Under the pieces are notes generated by a model. The model made no database searches, was not told the DNA's origin, and worked only from the letters and a program-made list of their open reading frames with translations. Below, one piece after another: positions 61,088 through 64,000 of a DNA stretch of 64,000 nucleotides. The position numbers and the translations under genes are program-made. Positions within the stretch are counted from its first letter, which is position 1. Each line of letters opens with the position of its first letter. The stretch is from positions 1 to 64,000 of the forward strand of contig JAXMNT010000022.1 in assembly GCA_034670305.1 (NCBI GenBank), read 5' to 3'. The stretch is from Deltaproteobacteria bacterium. GTDB lineage: Bacteria > Myxococcota_A > Polyangia > Polyangiales > Houyiibacteriaceae.

Positions 61088-62490
61088 TGGGGCAGACCGC
61101 GCGGCGGAACCCGCATCGATGGGTGTCTTCGTGTGCGACCGCCGCCGCTGTGCTGACAGCCGCGGCCGCGCTCGCGACGCCAGCACGGGGCGCGCTGCCG
61201 ACGACCTACGGCGGCCGGTTCACCGTGCCCTCGCTGACCGCCCTGCGGCTTCCGGATCCGCGCACCGCCTCGACGGCCCTCGAGTCGGCGCTCGCCCGCG
61301 CGGTCTACGACACGCTCTACACGAGCGACCTGTCCGGAGAGCCGACCCCCTCGCTCGCGGCGTACTTGCCGGAACGGGAAGAGAGCGTCGACGGCGCACC
61401 GCCACGGTTCCGGGTCCAGCTCCGCGGCGACGTGCGCCGACACGACCGGCGGACGTTGAGCGCGGACGACGTGGTGCAGTCGCTCCGCGCGGCTGCACGG
61501 TCGAGTGCCAAACCGTGGCTCGTGGGCCTTGGTCCTTCGCTGGCGGAGCCGGATGTCCGGGCGGTCGACCCGCTGACGCTCAGCTTCGCGTGGCGTGGGT
61601 CGGCGCGCGCACTGGCGGTGCGGCTCTCCGCGTTGCCGCTCTCGATCGTGCACCGCCGCGGCGGCACCGGCCCGTACCGAGCGCGACTGCGTTCGGGCGA
61701 ACTTCACCTCTCGCAGTTCCGTGCCGCCGCCCGGGGCGCGCCCTACGTACGCACGATCGTCGTGCGGCCGCCCGAGGATCGCGAACAAGAACTGCGCTCG
61801 TTCGAGCTCGAGCGGGCAGACGCGTCCTGGCGCGGCGCCGCGCTCTACGGACAGCCGAGGCGTCCGGTGCAGCGACTCGATTGGCCCGATGAGATCCCCG
61901 TGTTGCTCGTGCTCGGCCCTCGGGCCCAGCCGCACGCGGCGGCGCTCGACCGGGCGATCGATCGTCGGCGGCTCGCGCGCGTGGGCCTCGTGCCGACCGA
62001 CGCGTTGGCTCCGGGCGTGCCTACCGCTCGACTGACCGGCACCGCGCCGACCGGCCCGCTGCGGCTGGTCGTGCGTGCCGACGATCAGTTTCAGCGGGCG
62101 CTCGCGTCTGCGCTCGACGCCCGGTTCGACGAAGAGGGGTGGGATCTCGAGGTCGCCGCGCTCGAAGCCAGCCGGTATGCGCGCGCACTCTCGGCGGGAA
62201 CGTGGGACCTTCGTGTGGTGCAAGCGCCTCCAGCACTGCCGGACCCCGTCTCTCGTGTGGCGAGTGTGCTCGTGGCCGTCGGAGACGGTGGTGGCGCCGC
62301 CCGCGTCTTGAGTGAAGGCACCGCCGGGCTGGCGCACGCGGGCCGTTCGCTGCGCGCGATCCTTCTGGGTCGACGCGACTTGCAACTGCACGCGGTGGGC
62401 AGCTTGCGCGGCGCCTCGTTCGATGTGCTCGGGCGACTCCGGTTCGAGCGTCTGCACGTGGTGCTGGATCCCGAGGAACCGGAGGAGTGA
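61087..62490 (+). CDS. Degenerate family-5 solute-binding-like protein
   Basis: Signal peptide; YGG, VYDTLY, P.LA, LR..VR.HD.RTLSADDVV.SL, GTGPY, AIDR. Confidence 0.8.
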   Translation: MGQTARRNPHRWVSSCATAAAVLTAAAALATPARGALPTTYGGRFTVPSLTALRLPDPRTASTALESALARAVYDTLYTSDLSGEPTPSLAAYLPEREESVDGAPPRFRVQLRGDVRRHDRRTLSADDVVQSLRAAARSSAKPWLVGLGPSLAEPDVRAVDPLTLSFAWRGSARALAVRLSALPLSIVHRRGGTGPYRARLRSGELHLSQFRAAARGAPYVRTIVVRPPEDREQELRSFELERADASWRGAALYGQPRRPVQRLDWPDEIPVLLVLGPRAQPHAAALDRAIDRRRLARVGLVPTDALAPGVPTARLTGTAPTGPLRLVVRADDQFQRALASALDARFDEEGWDLEVAALEASRYARALSAGTWDLRVVQAPPALPDPVSRVASVLVAVGDGGGAARVLSEGTAGLAHAGRSLRAILLGRRDLQLHAVGSLRGASFDVLGRLRFERLHVVLDPEEPEE

Positions 62491-64000
62491 ACCTCCGTCT
62501 GCGGCTCTTCTTGCTCTTCCTCGTGGCGGCGTTCGTGCCGCTGGGCGCGTTCGGGTACGTGGTGCAGTCCGGGCTCGTCGAACAACTCGAAGAGGATCAC
62601 CGCCGGCAACTCGAGACCCGCGCGTCGTCGGCCCGCCGCCGCATCGACGAGATGCGTGCCGCGGATCGGCGCGCGGTGGATGCGCTCTGCGAACACGACC
62701 TGGTCATCGACCGGGTGCTGCTCGATCTCGCGACCGATCGTTTCGATCCGGCGGCGGAACAGAACCTCGTGGCGCTCTTGCCGCCGATGATGCGCGGCCG
62801 CCGTTTCGACACGCTGCACCTCGTGGACGCGCGCTCCGGCGCCGACCGCGGGCGGGTGCTGGGGGCCGGCCACCATCCGGAACAGGTCGGCATGCGCGCG
62901 CCCGAGCTCCTCGACGCGCTCACCCGGGCTCAGGATCGTGCGTTCGTGCAGAACGTTCGGGTGGTGGATCCGTCCGGCACCCACGAAGAACGCACCTGGC
63001 TCGCGGGCTGCATGGTCCAGCGCGACGGAGCCGCGATCGCGGTGCTCGGCGGGCGGTTTCTGCGCGACGACCTCGCCCAGACGCTGCTCGGAGACATCAG
63101 CCCGGTGAGCCTGGGCCTCGAGGCGGTGCTCGACGACGCGGGGGCGGAGACGATCGCGACCTTCGACGACGCGTCCGGGGACCCGGTCGTGGCGCTTGTG
63201 GCCACGATCGACGACGCGCCGTTGCGCGCAGGGGTCGACGCGATGCGCGAGCGCAGTCTGCTCATCGCGCTCGGCGCGCTCGCGGCCGCCCTGCTGATGG
63301 CGTTGCTCGTCACGTGGTCGCTCACGCGTCCGCTTCGCGAACTGGAAGAGGCGACCCGCCGCGTCGCCGGGGGTGATCTCGAATCGCAGGTGTCCGAACG
63401 CACCGGTGAGGTCGGTCGCACGATGCGCGCGTTCAACGAGATGACCAAAGAGCTCGCGAGCACCCGCACCAAGTTGCTCCGCGCCGAACGCATCGCCGCG
63501 TGGCGGGAAGTCGCGCGGCGGATCGCGCACGAGATCAAGAACCCGCTGCAACCGATCCAGATGGAGATCGAGACGATGCGCAAACTCCATGCGCGCAAAC
63601 ACCCGAGCTTCGACGAGGAGTTCGGACCCTCGACACTGGTGATCCTCGAAGAGGTGCGCCGCCTCAACGAGATGGTCACCGAGTTCAGCAAGTTTGCGCG
63701 TTTGCCGCGTCCAAACGCAGAAGCCCTCGATCTGCGCGAGGTGGTCGAACATGTGGCGAGTCTCCATGGCAGCTCCGGGGCGTCGCTCGAGGTCGAGTCG
63801 CCGGACGAGCCGCTGGTGGTGCGGGCCGACCGGTCCCAGTTCACGCAGGTGCTGGTGAACCTCGTCCAGAACGCCGGCGATGCGGCCGAGAGCCGCCACG
63901 GCGCCACCGGCGGCACGGTGCGACTCGTGCTCACGCCCACCGAGGACGGAGCCGAGTTGCGCATCGAGGACAACGGGCCCGGCATCGCGCCCGACGATCG
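62487..64000 (+). CDS. Membrane HAMP histidine kinase (NtrY-like), truncated at the window end
   Basis: Translated by hand from GTG 62487: two TM helices, HAMP (TRPLRELEEA...VAGGDL), H-box AWREVARRIAHEIKNPL, N-box QVLVNLVQNA, G1 IEDNGPGI. Absent from the ORF track. Confidence 0.93.
   Translation, partial: MNLRLRLFLLFLVAAFVPLGAFGYVVQSGLVEQLEEDHRRQLETRASSARRRIDEMRAADRRAVDALCEHDLVIDRVLLDLATDRFDPAAEQNLVALLPPMMRGRRFDTLHLVDARSGADRGRVLGAGHHPEQVGMRAPELLDALTRAQDRAFVQNVRVVDPSGTHEERTWLAGCMVQRDGAAIAVLGGRFLRDDLAQTLLGDISPVSLGLEAVLDDAGAETIATFDDASGDPVVALVATIDDAPLRAGVDAMRERSLLIALGALAAALLMALLVTWSLTRPLRELEEATRRVAGGDLESQVSERTGEVGRTMRAFNEMTKELASTRTKLLRAERIAAWREVARRIAHEIKNPLQPIQMEIETMRKLHARKHPSFDEEFGPSTLVILEEVRRLNEMVTEFSKFARLPRPNAEALDLREVVEHVASLHGSSGASLEVESPDEPLVVRADRSQFTQVLVNLVQNAGDAAESRHGATGGTVRLVLTPTEDGAELRIEDNGPGIAPDD

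Overview
High-GC (roughly 70% by eye) bacterial chromosome segment, most likely Myxococcota of the Polyangiales/Sandaracinus type. This is inferred from a MYXO-CTERM-like tail, a DUF1592/DUF1552 pair, many lipoproteins and eukaryotic-like Ser/Thr kinases. About 45 genes are supported. They include a DUF1592-DUF1552-lipoprotein operon, yeaH/yhbH-spoVR without prkA, a DUF1963 gene plus a paralog of its N-terminal domain, an orphan beta-class DNA methyltransferase, hsp20, msrA, a VIT-vWA-TPR lipoprotein and tolQ-tolR-tolA/tonB. A MoxR-DUF58-vWA operon preceded by a sigma54 motif is followed by a triple-DsbA protein and a pseudokinase-kinase-pseudoreceiver. The rest comprises a TSP3-repeat surface protein, a CesT/YbjN-like gene with pspA, a C45 peptidase, yebC, a PP2C phosphatase, fmdB, pcrA/uvrD, an ECF sigma/anti-sigma cluster, a Ser/Thr kinase, trmH, and a PBP1A-FG-GAP-SBP-histidine kinase operon that runs off the right end. 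The most striking observations are: (1) a stand-alone 1728-aa lipoprotein whose C-terminal third resembles the pore-forming stalk and TcB-binding domain of Tc toxin A subunits; (2) five intergenic hexamer-periodic tracts, two of which share an exact 18-bp motif and a 13-bp motif; (3) a CTAG-targeting MITE in two copies; (4) repeated -10 boxes placed 5-8 nt before start codons, suggesting widespread leaderless mRNAs; (5) several small ORFs missed by the ORF track. No rRNA, tRNA or CRISPR array was recognised. All family assignments are by eye from motifs; no searches were run.
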